Positions 13,339-30,285 of a stretch of DNA of 64,000 nt are shown here, in pieces. The first letter of the stretch is position 1, and each line of letters starts with the position of its first letter. The stretch comes from Trichoplax sp. H2 (taxonomy: Eukaryota), in assembly GCA_003344405.1 (NCBI GenBank), contig NOWV01000030.1, positions 434,001-498,000 on the forward strand, in the 5' to 3' direction. The notes under the pieces are model-generated. The model searched no databases, was not told the DNA's origin, and saw only the letters and a list, made by a program, of their open reading frames with translations. Position numbers and translations under genes: made by a program.

Positions 13339-16300
13339 CTTTAGAATATAATTTTGAAAATATTTATGTGTTTACAAACGTATCTTACTGATGAATTAAA
13401 CAATTAACGTAAATGATCTTATATAGCTTGAAATGTGCTTAATACTATCTACTGATACAGAAATACTATTATAATTATGTAAGTAAATTGCACGAGATCG
13501 AAATAATTATAGCGTTATTATCGTTATTATCGACTACACAAAATTAACAATTTTTTATCATTAGAATCTACTTACAAGACATTTTATGCTGTACAGATAC
13601 GAATCTCACAAAGCTTAAAAATTGAAAATAATAATACAAATTCAGTAAATGAGAGTCGTTTCTAAACGGATAGTGCACTTATCACGTAAAATAAATATGT
13701 GTATAAGTTATGATAGGTACGGGATATTTAATTACTCGAGGTTTCTTGTTATTGACTATAAATAGTAATAATAAAATGGTTCAGATATACAGATCAAGTC
13801 TGAATAATAGTTTATTTTATCTGATTTATTTTGGTGATCTTATGAATTGAAGTAAATTGGTTCTACATAAAGCTTTTTGACAGTTTTCATCCACAATGAA
13901 TGTTATTTAATTAATAAACGATCGGTCTTTATTGCTATTATTTTGTATAATTGCCTTGTTTGACTTACGATGACATGTCTACAGGGGTAGATTTCCAAGA
14001 AATCATTTAATTCTACATTCAGAAGATGCATAGCAAGATTATCAATATCGATTAATTCTGCTATCAAGTAATTTTTCAACGAAGAAGATTCATATGGAAA
14101 TTATTGAACTTAATTATAGGCTCACTGTATTATTTATACTACAGATCGGTTATGATAAATTGTAACAATTTTAATTGTATTAAACTTAATTTAAAGTCCG
14201 ATGAATAGAATAGTTCTAGAAGATAATGCTATGGATTTATAGTAAAAATGTTATAGTGACGAAATTTTCATATTTTTCAGTGATACATATCTCAGCTTAC
14301 TTTAATTTTTAAAGTGCTATAATCAACATTAATATTAATGCTAATAATTTTCAAAAATCTTTTTCTTTGTCTGTCAGCTTGCCTTGTATTGGTAGAAAGC
14401 CATAATGTAATTTTCAGATATATCTTATAGCATGTTACCATAATACTTGAAATTACTGGAGGAAGTCTATCTATAATATTTCATGGCTTAATGCCATTGA
14501 TGAAGTAATTCATTGGGTCTTTAAGGTGATGATTCTTCTCGGTTTGTATGCACAATATAGCGAATGAGGTACAAGTGAGAAGTAATTAAAGTAAATTTGT
14601 AAAATTGGTAGTGGTCCATTTGTGATATACTACTACAGGTTTAGGTATCTAATCATGATTCTTAGTTGTAAGCAGCCAGTTAGAAATATACTAAAATACT
14701 GCAAATGATTGATATATGACCCGAATGTCAATAAAATTATGTCAACCGCTGTATATCGATATGTCTATTGCTACTATCGGAAATCTTGTATACTAAAGTT
14801 ATTATCAGTTTGGGCATTGCCGTACTATCTCATTCTAAAAATAGGATATTCTGAAATTATTATAGTTCATTAAATCCAGTCTTAGTTATTATGATAATTT
14901 ATCAGATTCTGATACGTTAAAGTGATTAAATTTGATCATTTATTTGCTTTTGGGCTATTGCCAATATGTTTGTGAGTATTATCGTCATCGATTTTTTTTG
15001 TGTAAAGACTAACGGCAGTATTAATTATAGCTGAGGTTTTGCAGAAATTTACAATTTAAGATCGATTATGATTGAACAATAGGCTTTTTTTACATCATTT
15101 ACAAAACTTGCGAGTTTGCTAAGCATTAAAGCATTCATATAGTTAATAAAGGTGGCTAATATAAATTGTTAACTAAAAGGGATTACCATAATGTATCCAC
15201 TGTACAAAAATAAGAATAGCTTTGCGTGAATATTTATAAAGCAAACAGTAGAAAGTAAATAACTTGATTTTGTAGTAATACCTTCTAGTTAAACAAAGTT
15301 ACTGAAATTTGCATGTTTAATGGTAGGCATCGATAAGAATATTATCTTATTTGATAAATAAGCAATTTAATCGCATTAGTTTATTTTATTTTTGATTAAT
15401 GATAATCTACAACATTCCTGAAGTTGAAGCATACATTGAAAATAAATTGAGGGGAAGAGATTAGAGAAATAATGAATCTATTTTAGTGCAAAAGTTTAAT
15501 TAAAACAGTAAATCATTGGGAAGGTTTCCAGTCGTAATATAACTTATGCATGGTCAAAAATGTTCATGTGAAATGATAGATGAATATAATGTGTTTGTCA
15601 TATTCAATTTTATTACTAAATTTCTCTTTATAAAATGATACAAAGAGTAATTGACTGATTTTACTTGCCAATGTTGCCAGGAAATAGTTTACTATAAATG
15701 ATATGACTGCATTGTGTGATAGTGAAGTAGTTTTAAGTGTCCTATTACATCCGTCTACTCTTTCTAAATGGATATTTGCGGATCTTTCATTGTTTACTTT
15801 AGTTGGTTACGCTTTTCGTTATCATAGCTACGGGGAAACATTAGAGCAAGCCAATCAAATTTGAAGCTCAAATTTGAAGCTGTCTTTTTATTTATAAATA
15901 ACAATAAAACAGGTGCTTTGATTATCCGATAACTTACGACATTGAATATAGTTGCCATTTATCCGGTAGCCGGATAATCATCAAATTAGTAAAATTGAAG
16001 GTGGTGTTTTTCTCTACATATTGTGCTATTACGATAAAATAAAGCCCTACTGTCAGGCAAAAATTAGAGTTCAATGCCTAGGAGATATCCTAACTGCAGA
16101 TATTTATTGTTATCCGTTACTACTTTTGGGTAGAATGAATTTTATTCTTTGTCAGTCAAATTATTTTTTTTTTAGTGTGTTTGGACTTACGCTTATTCTG
16201 TTAGGATTGAATCCGTCGCATAAAGAAGAGTAAGATTTGTCATTTATTCTTTCATTTATGTATCACGGCAGATAACTTATGGACTATAGTAATATCTATA

Positions 16301-17641
16301 CTACTGCAATTTGCTATTTACAGCTGAGGAGATTATGGCTATAATTGGTAATAAGTATTTGTCATTATTATTTCGATATTTAAACATAACGTACATTGTT
16401 AGAGTTAATTACTAGCAATTGTATTATTTGACCGTAAGTACTGTTTTTTATTTTATTTATTTAGTAGTGCTTGAGATAGTCCCTAGTCCCTGAAATGGAT
16501 TATGCTAGCTGAAGGCGCATACCGTTTAGTGAGAATGATCAGTTAGATTTGTTAATTCCAATCGAAGCAGATTCAACAGATTTTGTTATTAATGATCCAA
16601 ATGCTTGTAAATATATATACGAGTACTGCAGTTTAGAATTGCAAGTTAGTTCTTTCTCTCGTTTCGTAATTGGCTGTAGAATACTGTTGTGGTAAACTTT
16701 GTATTAAAAGTAAATTTTTATTCCAAGTGAAAGGTTATCACATAGCTGTTCCTTATATGAGAATGTTTGTTTTATCACGTAGAATATTTAGCCGTGCATT
16801 TCAGCTGTCTTAGGCTACATGCTTCTATTTTGTAGAGGTAAATCTTGGCTATTTTAATTAGCTTATTAGTTATCAGCAGTTGTTGAAGATGAAACCTGGA
16901 ATTACAGTGTCACATTTTATTACTTCCATCTAATAATTTTCGTACTTTATTATTTATTTTAATCTAGTCCAACACCCTGCTCGTGATAATATACCGTAAG
17001 CTATTCATGTACTGAATGTTTCTTCGTGGTATCAATACACCTATGATAAGAAATGAATTCACACTAATAGTAAAAATATCTGTTACTAATACAAAGCTAT
17101 GTCCAGCTGTCCATATAAAAAGGAGATTTTCCAGTTGTGTGTAATGAATGAATGAGCTGAGATTCAATGTTGATCCACGAGCTGCACCTACCTTTTCCTT
17201 CAGTAGCCGCTATTATAGTGCTAATAGGCTCATCGATTCTTTCCTACTTTCAGCAAATTCATAGCGATTTGCGTAAAATGCTTCCTTTTGAGTGCGTGTT
17301 GCAACGAGGGTCTATTGTTGTAGTAGCTGACATACATCATACTGACGTATAATTAATTGGCTTGTACCTATCTAGGAAACTACAGCAGGATAACCTAACG
17401 ATGAATTTTCTTTTAATTTATTGCTTTGTGTGATTATGTTCATTTGAACTACAAAAAGTAAAATTACAGTAATCATAGCGGTACAGTATAATACTTTACT
17501 CGTTGATAGTGCTAGACCATTCAATTAAAATTATCAACAATGAGTATACGACATTTTTAGTTTAGTCTTAACTAATTTATAGCAGGCATCCATAGTGATT
17601 GCCGTCCCGGATATTCGATTTGGTGTGTGTGATCATCATTT

Positions 17642-18032
17642 CAGTCACGGACTGCTAGAAGAAGACCTGGACTGACTGGACTCATGACTTCCTCAGACAG
17701 ACGGACTCTTCTTAGCAAAAGAGGTCGTCAATATCGAAAAATATCTAGGAGTATGGATCTTCCGTATTTGTTTTCTGAATTACTAATACTAATTTTCATA
17801 ACATCGACGATCTTATATAAGTGTCTCCAAGCGGAACTTAGTAACAGATGATAAGATTTATTTAACGTAGATGCTTCATTAAGAAAAAATCAGTCCATTC
17901 AAAATTCAACGTTTTCATACTAAAGTAGTATCATACCGAAGTGCTTGGCACAATACATTGACGAGACGTAGCCGAAAATGTCTGTCCATCCAAGAGTGGT
18001 CAGTCCAGGTCTACTTCTGTAGGCCGTGTCAG
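17642..18032. mobile_element. MITE-like non-autonomous DNA element, copy 1 (about 390 bp, imperfect TIRs, CAGT start)
   Basis: Left end CAGTCACGGACTGCTAGAAGAAGACCTGGACTGAC matches the reverse complement of the right end, CTGACACGGCCTACAGAAGTAGACCTGGACTGAC. Colinear with 31847-32243 (shared GTATGGATCTTCCGT and ATAACATCGACGATCTTATATAA). No coding capacity; no clean TSD seen. Confidence 0.75.
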
Positions 18033-18040
18033 ACAGAGTA

Positions 18041-18221
18041 TTGTACAACCTACAGTATACTACTGTACTGTAGTACTGTGCTATTTTGCTATGAAACAAT
18101 ACAGTACAGTACAGTACTGTACACTGTACGGATAGATGAAGTACTGTACTGTACAGTGTACAGTACAGTAGTCAAGTGTCCATGTTAATATTTACTGTAC
18201 AGTACTATACACTATACAGTA
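18041..18221. repeat. Mixed TACAG/TACTG pentamer array upstream of LZIC
   Basis: For example TACAGTACAGTACAGTACTGTACACTGTAC. Ends about 240 bp before the LZIC ATG. Confidence 0.85.
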
Positions 18222-18423
18222 TAATCGACGTGACAATGCATAGGGCGTTAACAGCTCTTGTTTGAGCTACCTAGCTTGGCTTGCAGTTCGCAGCTTGCAT
18301 GTTGCTGTAGAAGATCGCTTGGCTATCAGCTACGATAGTATAGATAATTCATCATCATAATAATAAAGAATTCAATTACATCAAGAATTCATAATCTTTC
18401 AAGCGACTGTTAGGTCTTAATAG

Positions 18424-20684
<2,261 letters not shown>

Positions 20685-22691
20685 TTACCAAGCCGTGGAT
20701 ACTCACCCTTTTGAAATGAGGCGATGTTCTTTGTGAACTCGGGTCGTAAGCAGCTGTATCACGCAAATCAACAAGTATCTGAATTTCTGCTAGTGAGATA
20801 GATTGTTGTGTTACTGTAATTTATAATGCTCACTCCATACACAGAGCATCTCGGTCTTTACCTGTGCTCGCTAAACAATTATCTAAGTTTGTGATATAGT
20901 ACAAATTAGTGTGGTAACCTTGTTTTCTGGAATTGAATCTATTTTACTGTACCAATTTTAAAGTTTTATCATGGGTAGTGCAGAAGTATACTCGTAAAAA
21001 TGCCTTTTGGCCTTGTTATTCTCACACTAGTTACCTGTTACTATGTTAGTTGCCATTGAAAGCAAATATTTTATTTTTACTAGTCAGTTACATAATAAAA
21101 TATGATTACCAAGGTGCAATCCTATTATTTTGTCTAGTATTATGCTCACAAGATGATGAGCTGTAGTTGTTTACGATGATCACGATGCAGTGATTGATTT
21201 ATGTTATCGGCGAAATGCAGTAGATTGTTACAGACCAATACTGGATACAGGATAGATGAACGTAACATTTTCAGTAGTGCATGTTTGAATTACAATACTG
21301 ATGTAGTTGTAACAAAATAGAGTAAGGTATAGTATTGTCACCTTGATCAAAACATTTTTGAAGTGAAGTGAACCGTGGCATGCAGTATTTACTAATAGAG
21401 AAGAAAGTTACTGAACAGTACATTCATTTTTTTAGTTACTAGGATATTGATACTTTATTTGTACTGTCGTTTACGCCAATTTATATCAACTCCTAAGGCA
21501 CTGCGTGCACAAGTATGAAAAGTAAATTGATAAATTTAGAATCGATATTTATAACATTGACGCAAATATAATTATGAATCTACTGTTTTGAGCATTTAAT
21601 CATTTCAAGAGACTGCTGTCCTCAATTCTATTAATATGCTAGTCAGTGTAAATCCGGCATAGCCAGGCTTTCTGCATAAAACGTGTAAATCTATTGCTTC
21701 AAACAAAAATATCTATATAGCATTTATATATATGTTATACATGTACAACCCGCGTAGACGAGTATCACCGCCCCGATTTTGAAGTTCTTTGTGTACAGTA
21801 TGTACTGTAGATTACTGTATATTTGGCTGATTTCAAAAGTATCATGTCAAAGTGGTTCTAGACTATTTATTTTATCTGCTTTTATGATCAATGCACTCCT
21901 TGATCAGGTGCAGGCGTGCTGTTGGGGGTGTACTGAATATAAAGTTTATTCTTCATTTCGTCCAAATTTTGAATTGGGCCAAGTTGTTATTCAATATAGG
22001 AGTCAGGGCACTGTTAAGGGAACTGCTAAGAGAAAATTCCTTTACAAGACTGGGATACTACTACCCATTGTCGATAGGGTAGCTGACTATTATACTTTAC
22101 TTGCGAAGTACAGTTGTTCATTTAATGACTTGATCACAGCCATTCATTCTAACATTAATCCAATACATTACACACAATTTGGTGACCGATTGCCGATGTA
22201 CACTGTACATACAAATACACTTGAGTGGATACTAGCCCTAGCCATTTTCAATTCCTTTGCACACTTGGTTTAAGCTGTCCGATATTACGAGTCGTCGACA
22301 GCGACAGTCTTGACCTATGCAACATCGAAAAAATTCAGAAATCGTCCAATCTTACACGGCGCAAATCAAGTTCCACCGGAGGATTTTTGAATTTTTTTGT
22401 AGACATGTCATTCTACTGTGTGTCTATAGTATCCATAAATGATGGAGATGTTGCAAAAAATGACTACAAGGCCATTGTCGATCTATTGAAGAACTCGTTA
22501 GGCAGCCAGAGGTAAAGCTTGGCAGTATTTGGTGCATCGATGCTAGTGTAGTGTGTAGTTTGAGCGCTTGTAATGACTAATACAGTATGCAGCACACGCA
22601 TCTAGCCCTATCCTGTATGGACAGTCCAGCTGTCGATATTGGTGTTGGTTACCACACAGGAGAATGGTGGTGTATCGTGGGTGGATACCTG

Positions 22692-22840
22692 TCAGTACAG
22701 AATGCTGCTACAGTACTGTACTGTAGTACAGTCAAAGAAAAACCCAAAGTACAGTACAGTACTGTACAGTGTACAGTGTACAGTACTGTATACTGTAATA
22801 CTGTACTGTAATACCAAATTACAAAGTACAGTACACAGTA
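22692..22840. repeat. Mixed TACAG/TACTG pentamer array upstream of SPEN
   Basis: For example GTACAGTACAGTACTGTACAGTGTACAGTGTACAGTACTGTA. Confidence 0.85.
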
Positions 22841-23437
22841 AATTATTAGTTTTAATTAGGACTGTAATACCAACGTGGCCTACTGTTCAGGGCACAGTAG
22901 TGTACGCCTATAGTCGCTCAAGTGATACAACAGTACCATCTAGTTACAATTTCGAATGTCACCCCAATTCTTCATCCATGGTATTGTAGCGGCCTACTTA
23001 CGATACAAAGTCGTTTCAATTACCAGAGTGCAAAGCCAACTGGGGTGACACTTTCAATTGGAGAGACTTTTAGTGTACCGTGCTGCAAATGGTCCGCTTC
23101 GAAACAGACTTGAGTACTGCATTATTCAACTTGGACCCTGTTGTAATCAAGTGATTTCATAGTAATGAAGAGAGAAGACGGTGGCGTAGTAGCGAGCAAT
23201 ATTGGACCAATTCATTACTGGATCGATTTTCAAGCAACGCATTCATTCAACTAGTCAAAACCTTTTTTGACCTTGTACAGGTAAATTGATGAAAGTAAAC
23301 TGAGGTAGAGCTAAAACTGTTCAAGTATTAACTTTGGATATTGACATTGTAGAGTGGTAGGTACAGCAGTAAGGTCTGCGATCCATTGATCCGACGGGCT
23401 ATCTGGGCCATTAAAATTCGATAGCCAATACAATACC

Positions 23438-26400
23438 ATGATGAATCGTGATCGAGAAGGTAAATCCAACCGTGAAACTCGTCATCTATGGGCTGGCAAC
23501 TTCCCAGAAGATAGTACAGAAGAATCCATATTGACTTACTTTGAAAGGTATGATCTTCATCCACGAGATGTTGCAACAAATTGAACAATCAATTCCAATA
23601 TTATGTTAGTTACAATTCAGATTGCAAGTGTAGTACGTACAAATTGCCTTACTGTTTATACAATATTACAGTACTACTCATTAATCAAGCGCTGACTGAT
23701 GACATCCGTCTAAGTCGGATAAGTCGCATGCAATCTTATTTCCAATCTGCCCATAGTCTACGTAATCGAATTGGCACAGTAGAAAGATAGCACAAGGTCA
23801 AAATCAATAGTAGTCATGACCCAATGAAGGACCAGCTCATTCTGTGTTTTACAACATGGACAGTATTCGCCCGCCATTTTGAATTGTCTACTATTCCACT
23901 TATTCCAACTTTGATCCCAGAATTGACCGTCTCCGTCGATTAATCACCGAGCGTTATACCAGATTGACCGACCTAAAATGGATGGTCCTTTGGACACTCT
24001 ATACTGATGAATATTCCATTTATTCTTAAGGATTTAAAATTGTTTATTACTGTAGCCCAGTTTATCTTGCATGCTTGTTGTACAATAGCGGTCATTTCTG
24101 TTGCCCATCATGTGATACAACAAATGCTCCATCCATTTGCTAGTGATTGCCCTAATTTAGAGTGCGAATCATACACTTGTTTGCTGTAAAATCGTCTTAG
24201 TCTTGAGTATAATTTCGCATCAAGTTACAGTATATCTGTAAAATAGTAGCATCGATTGCTTTAACGTATGCATGAACTAATATCACACTATTGTACTCGC
24301 ACGGGTCGTGTGGTCGACGTGATAGGTTAACTTTTGGGCTTTACATGCTCTCAACTCGGTTAATGACACTTAACCCCATCACTCATTTTCAACTTCGACA
24401 TTCTATCGATGCTATTCTCTAAAATGCAATTATTTTTATACACTTATATATCGAATAGCAACTTGATCAATTGGTGAGGGTAGCTTGAATTTGCTCTAGA
24501 CAGTAGGCGAATGGAATTGTTGCTTATACAGGAAGTTTCTACTGTCTATTCCAGTAGAATGTATAGTAGTAGGACAATCATTGGGAAGATAGTGCACTGT
24601 ATGCATGACTATCGTTACTAGTAGAAATAACATTGATTTGAATTGTGGTTAATTAAAATACGATCGACAAAATCAGGGTATATATTTATCATTAGCTACA
24701 ATGATGATGATTTTCAAACTGTGTCCAATGATCGTTAATTCAATTATTCTTATGGGGAATACATAACATGCCATGCCGAGTCAGTGATAGGAAGCCCATC
24801 ATTATTTCTGCCCACTAGCCATCCTAACATAGATACAATACACGGAAAACTTATTACTGTATACTAGACGTTGTAAATTACAATCAGCTAGTATTACTGT
24901 ACTGTAACTTAACTTAATTATTCTTGCTGAAATGCGAAATATGCAGTACTGTATTTTGTTTGTATTTTACTTCATCGCTCGGCTTCCTATTAAATAATTT
25001 TACTGATGCGTTAGTGATGACATAAGAATGATCAGTGTGTATTAGATGTAGTGATTGATTTAACTTAACATTCATCACTTTTCACGGTATATATTACACA
25101 TCTCATTCATCTTGATCACTATTCTATTTACCTACCGTATAACTGAGCGAGAATAATGTGTAAAAGAATTGCTGAATGATTTAATCTGGCTTGTTGGCTA
25201 ATGCATTCTTAGCTATCGCGGTTGATTTTCGACATTAACATTACTTGTTGTACCTTGGTATTATAATCGTATCATTTTTCATCTCACGTATGGCGAAGTA
25301 TTATCGGATTATCTTCAGTACGTAGAATAGGTTTAAATCGGTTAAATTGATCTTTCATACTATTAAAATTAAGTTTATGCGTCAATAATGTAAAAATAAA
25401 TTTTACATTCATGCAGTATTTCATGGACCCCGTGCAAGTTTGTGTTATGATGATTCGCTGTTGACGCTATTGATTACGACGCTCCAGCGCTATAATCAGA
25501 GTTTGTAATTAATTGTCGAGTGGATACTATAGAATAAATTGAACGTACTAACTACAAGAACAAATAATTGCTTCAATCAAATTATATTTTTTGCCTCTAC
25601 TTGAACTTTCTCGCTGGTATCCTATGTCAATCATGAATAGTATTCATCGTCGGTTAACGCAAATTTTTATTATTCTTACACATAGTGGTGCCCTAACGCT
25701 TAGAATATACTATACTAGTGTATCATGTCATTTTTATGTTACCATATTACAATATTTAGATTTGATTGCGCTGCTTACATACATAACAGACTATAATATT
25801 GAATTACAATATAAATTTAATGTATTATACATTTTACCAGACCGCTTTGACTACTATCACTTACTACTAATTGAAAATAGCTGACAATATAAAACGTAGC
25901 AATTTACCGTAAACACTGTAGAAAATGTCCGTAATCCATAGTTTATAATCTCACGAATACTGGAACGGAGAAACTATCACTATAATACTCAGTATTTTAC
26001 AGTATATCAAAGAATGAATGATGATACGATACTACGGCACGACATGATTCTCTTAGTGCTTGATATTAGCATGTGTAAAAATGGTAATACCTGTTATTAT
26101 TTGGGTATGATTCTTTTGTCCTCTTTTACCTTACTTTTCATAGATATTATTAAATCCTGATCTTTTTGCGGCTGTAAGACATGATCTTAAAAACGTAGAT
26201 ATTAATACTACAATACTTCGTTTGCTACAGGTATGGACAAGTAGAAGCTGTAAAAATTTTACCACGCCGAAAACAATTGCAAGGAATAGCTGCATTTGTG
26301 GACTTTGTTGACATTAGATGTGCTGTGAAGGCATTCGAGACGCCTAATCGCGTGGGAGACAGAATTATTAAGACCGATTATAACGAACCTTCAGCCGGTG

Positions 26401-29400
26401 TTATTGCTAAAAGTCGCAACCGCCAGACGCAAGACAGCAGTATAGTAACTGAATCTCCAGGACGTATGCAATATATTAACCGTCACCATCACAGGTAAAC
26501 TTCTTTAAGTACAGTTTATCTGTTTGTTGACGTTTTTGAAATTTAATTTAATAGTTTTAACGAGATTATTCACACACACAAGCTGTATACAACGTTTTTA
26601 CTGGTGTTCCGTATTTTATATTAAATACTATACTAAACCATCTAACTGTCGATCAAAATTGTTGTGTATCATAGCCCTGATATGTTGATAAATTAAATCT
26701 TTGTGAATATATTGTTATACGTTAAAAGTAAACATTTTTTAATTGAACCTCTGTTTTAAACTGTAGCGGTGAAAATACCAGACATGATAGTCGAAGACCC
26801 AAGAGCCGTCATTTTAATTCGTATGTTGAAAGTGATAGCAGCGAGCAAGAAAGATATACTCGTAAATTTCGCGAAGGTGGTCACTACTCTGCTAGAGTAC
26901 GCAACAGTCCACATGTAAGTTATCATAGAGTACGAATATACTGAAGCTACAGAAATTTTTGGCGACGAATTTGAATAATTAGTTGTGATAATTTACTTTT
27001 GTTTCATGTTGATTAGCCTGAAAGAAGGAACAAATTTAGTAATACAGATAAAATTGATCCTTCAACAATGGGGTTTGGTAACGAAAGTAGAAGTAGAAGT
27101 AGATCTTATGATGACATTTCTACACCCGGTGGCATTTTACGAGTGACTAATCTTTCATCCCGATGTGATGGTATTTCAATAACTGTTTTATTATCTTTAA
27201 TTAAAAGAATTTGAAGGATAAGTGACATGTATTTTCGTAATGATAGATGAAGCAATGAGAGAGGCACTTTTTCACGAATTCAAGAAATTTAGTGATACTG
27301 TGCATGTTAAAATTTTTGATAACGTTAAAGGTAGATATGCCTTGTTAAGATTTTCAAGGTGAGTATTTGTAGTGTATTGAAATAGAATCATTGCATGGCG
27401 TTTACAACTACATAACTATATGTTCTATACTATCAGATTAGAGGATGCAGAAGAAGCTGTCAAAGCTCGTGATGGTTACACTCTGCTCGGATCAGAGATG
27501 AAAGTCCATTTCGTCGTCGATGGTTGTAATATTATTAGCAATTAATGCGGAAAATTTAATCGGACTGTACGAATGTATCTTTCTGTTGATACCTGTATTT
27601 TACAATTCTAGGTGATTTTCATCTCGACAGTAGTATTCAAGGATTATCGCAAAATTGTAATTATAAAGCTATGAGATCATTATTAGTGAGCAATTTGGAT
27701 TTATCTATTGGATCTGAATTTTTAAGAGATTTATTTAGCCGTTACGGTAAAATTTTGGTAAGTCCATCATTTAGTGTTGTTGTAGTCTTTATACTTGAAA
27801 TGTAATATAAGTTTTATCTTTATTTTCCACTAGGATATTAATTTGGAAGATCAAGAAAATGAAAATTTATCTTGCGCGTATGTACATTTTTGTTCTATCG
27901 ATGATGCCATAAGGGCGAAGAACAACATAAGCAATGATACAACAGGAAAATATAAATTTAAAGTATGGATGTGGCGATAGATATTGTTATTGTTGCTATT
28001 TTACTATCTGAAAGAATACTAATTAATTTTAACTTATAGTTACAGTTTACTGTTGGTATACCGACCAAGAGTATTTGGGTTGACAATATTAGTTCTCGGA
28101 CAACAGATGAAGCCATAAAGCAATTGTTTAGTAAATTTGGAAAGATCGAAAAACTGTCAATCAATCGGCTAAATCGAGCTGCTTTAGTCTTTTATGACAA
28201 CTTGGAAAGTGCTAAAGTCGCCATAGACCAAATGACTGGTTATAGAATTAGTGATAGAAGTCTAATGGTAACTAAGTTGTTTTATTATTAAAATCGATTG
28301 GCAATATGATAATTAAATAATAAATCTTATAAAACTATTTCTAAATTAGATAAGTTACGCAAGTACAGGTACCACTGCGTCTGTTGATTCTGCGGATAGC
28401 TGCCATTTACCTAGCGATCGAACACATGAAAAATATGCATCTTCCAAGACTAGACGATCTCGCAGTATTGATCATTCATTTACAAATCGTGGGAGTCGTG
28501 AATATAGTAGGCATGAACAGTTCAGAAGCCGAGGAGATCGAGGTAGTTATTCTTCCGGTTATAGTGGTACAATTCAAACCCATTCATACAACTGTGAAAG
28601 TAAAAGTCATCGCTACAGCGGTCATCGCGAATATGAAAGTGATGATTATTCAAAGGAATTGCATGATTACGACTACTTACGCCAAAAAGATCGCGAACGA
28701 GAAAGAGTAAGGTCTTGGAAAAGAAAACGTTATGATAGAGAATTTACAGTTGATGGTGAAGATGCCGGTAGTTATCAAAAAGATGATACATTCTCTGAAG
28801 GATCTAGGGAGGAGAGACAAGAAATTGCTTTCAGTAAGAGATACAGAAATGAATCTGATACTAGTTCTTACGATAAAGAGGATACCGATGCTGCTACGGA
28901 TGAGAAATTATATAACAACAACGATGAAAAGGTTATCTCTGAAGATTCGTTAAGCACTACAATGGAAGGTAGTGGCGAGCGTGATTGTGTACGTAAAGAT
29001 AATGATTGCATGCAATCATCAGAAGATACTGGCATTCAGTGCAGCAATGGGAATATTGCTAACGAAGATGCCGTTAAAGAATCCGTTGATATGATAGCTA
29101 GCGCGTCGCATGATATGAATGAGGAATTAAATCCTGCAAAGGTTGAAACCGATGTGATTGATGAACGGCAACTAATTGAAAATATTTCTGCGCCTGATTT
29201 GCAAAAAATCGAAGCTGACAGTGTGATACAGTCATCCCATGAGCTTTCTGCGTCCAATTCTGTAGATAATTCAACGCAATTGCTTATTAAGGCGGAATCA
29301 CCTTCTCTGCCACTTTTAAATAATAATGTTAGTGATAATATGACACAAAAAAAGGAATCTTTATACTCATCAACTACAAATATTGTATCCAGCACAACTG

Positions 29401-30285
29401 GCATTACAGATACATTTACAGAAGAGACAGAAAAATTGGAGAAATCACTTCCCGATAACTCATTAGATGAGCCTGATGATTTCAACGAATCATCGGAAAT
29501 AATTCCGCGTAATGCAAAGCCAGCAGATGATGTGACTAATATGGAAAAATCAGCAGCTGATGATGATGGCTTATCTTCTCCAAATTCTCAGTTAAATGTT
29601 GACGAATTGCTACAAAGGTATCCTCTTGTTTGGCAAGGAGTGTTAATGCTAAAAAATGATACAGTCGTAGTCCAAATGTATTTACTGTGCGGAAGCAAGG
29701 CTATAGCTACCGAATCTCTTTCGGTACATTGCAAAGATGGGAAAATTTCTCCTTTAAAGATTGCTCAAAGAATGAAACTTGAAGCTAGCCAATTAGAAAA
29801 TGTATCTAAGAGGATGCAGGTAGTTTTCTAGTTATTATAATACCCGCAATTTTATATTTATGGTTATTATATGTTATTTGATTACGTTAAGAATACAACT
29901 TAGACTTAAAATTATTTTAGAATGATAAGGAGTTTTGCCTACTGTTGGCTTTGCCATGCGGACGTGATTTTACTGAAATGCAAAAGCAAACTCATGCACT
30001 CCAAGCAAGTTTCGTATCTTACTTACAGCAGAAAGAGGCTGCAGGGATTATCAATATTACTTTACCAGGATCGGAAAAGGTAAAGCGTGTAATTCTTAAT
30101 AACTACTGATAGTATGTTGTGTACTATTTCATCTTAATGGCGTATATTATTGCTAGATTGGATATGTTTTGCACATATTCCCACCCTGTGATTTTTCAAA
30201 CTGTCATCTGATGAAGAATGCACCTGATTTGATTGGCCGTGCTACTGCTAGTGGCCATCTGACAGTTTTGGTAGCAATGGTTTGA
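23438..30285 (+). CDS. SPEN: SPEN/SHARP ortholog (4 RRMs plus C-terminal SPOC domain), 12 coding exons, about 1044 aa
   Basis: Exons 23438-23547, 26231-26494, 26767-26914, 27017-27170, 27247-27358, 27437-27522, 27612-27757, 27834-27962, 28040-28267, 28350-29819, 29921-30079, 30157-30285; GT-AG, in frame (3135 nt). RRM1 RETRHLWAGNFP...YGQVEAVKILPRR...AAFVDFVDI...TDYNEP; RRM2 LFHEFKKF; SPOC YPLVWQGVLMLKND...IAQRMKLEASQLE...FCLLLALPCGRD...AAGIINI...VLHIFPPCDFS. An in-frame TGA at 23387 supports the ATG. AATAAA at 30882. Confidence 0.93.

Noticed and set aside
16490..17400. Exon-like fragments upstream of MITE copy 1
   Set aside because: Splice-like signals occur on both strands but form no continuous reading frame.
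21779..22515. 164-aa and 96-aa + strand ORFs between LZIC and SPEN
   Set aside because: Neither starts with ATG, I recognise no domain, and I could not build a consistent spliced model on either strand. A divergent non-coding transcript cannot be excluded.
25013..25147. Possible C/D box snoRNA in SPEN intron 1 (GTGATGA ... CTGA)
   Set aside because: No convincing terminal stem or recognisable rRNA guide, and such boxes are common by chance in AT-rich DNA.
28384..29485. Overlapping and antisense ORFs at 28384, 28732 and 29036
   Set aside because: They are shadow frames of SPEN exon 10.
23438..30285. Calling this gene RBM15/spenito because of its small size
   Set aside because: It has four RRMs including the SPEN-type N-terminal RRM, and its SPOC sequence matches SPEN.
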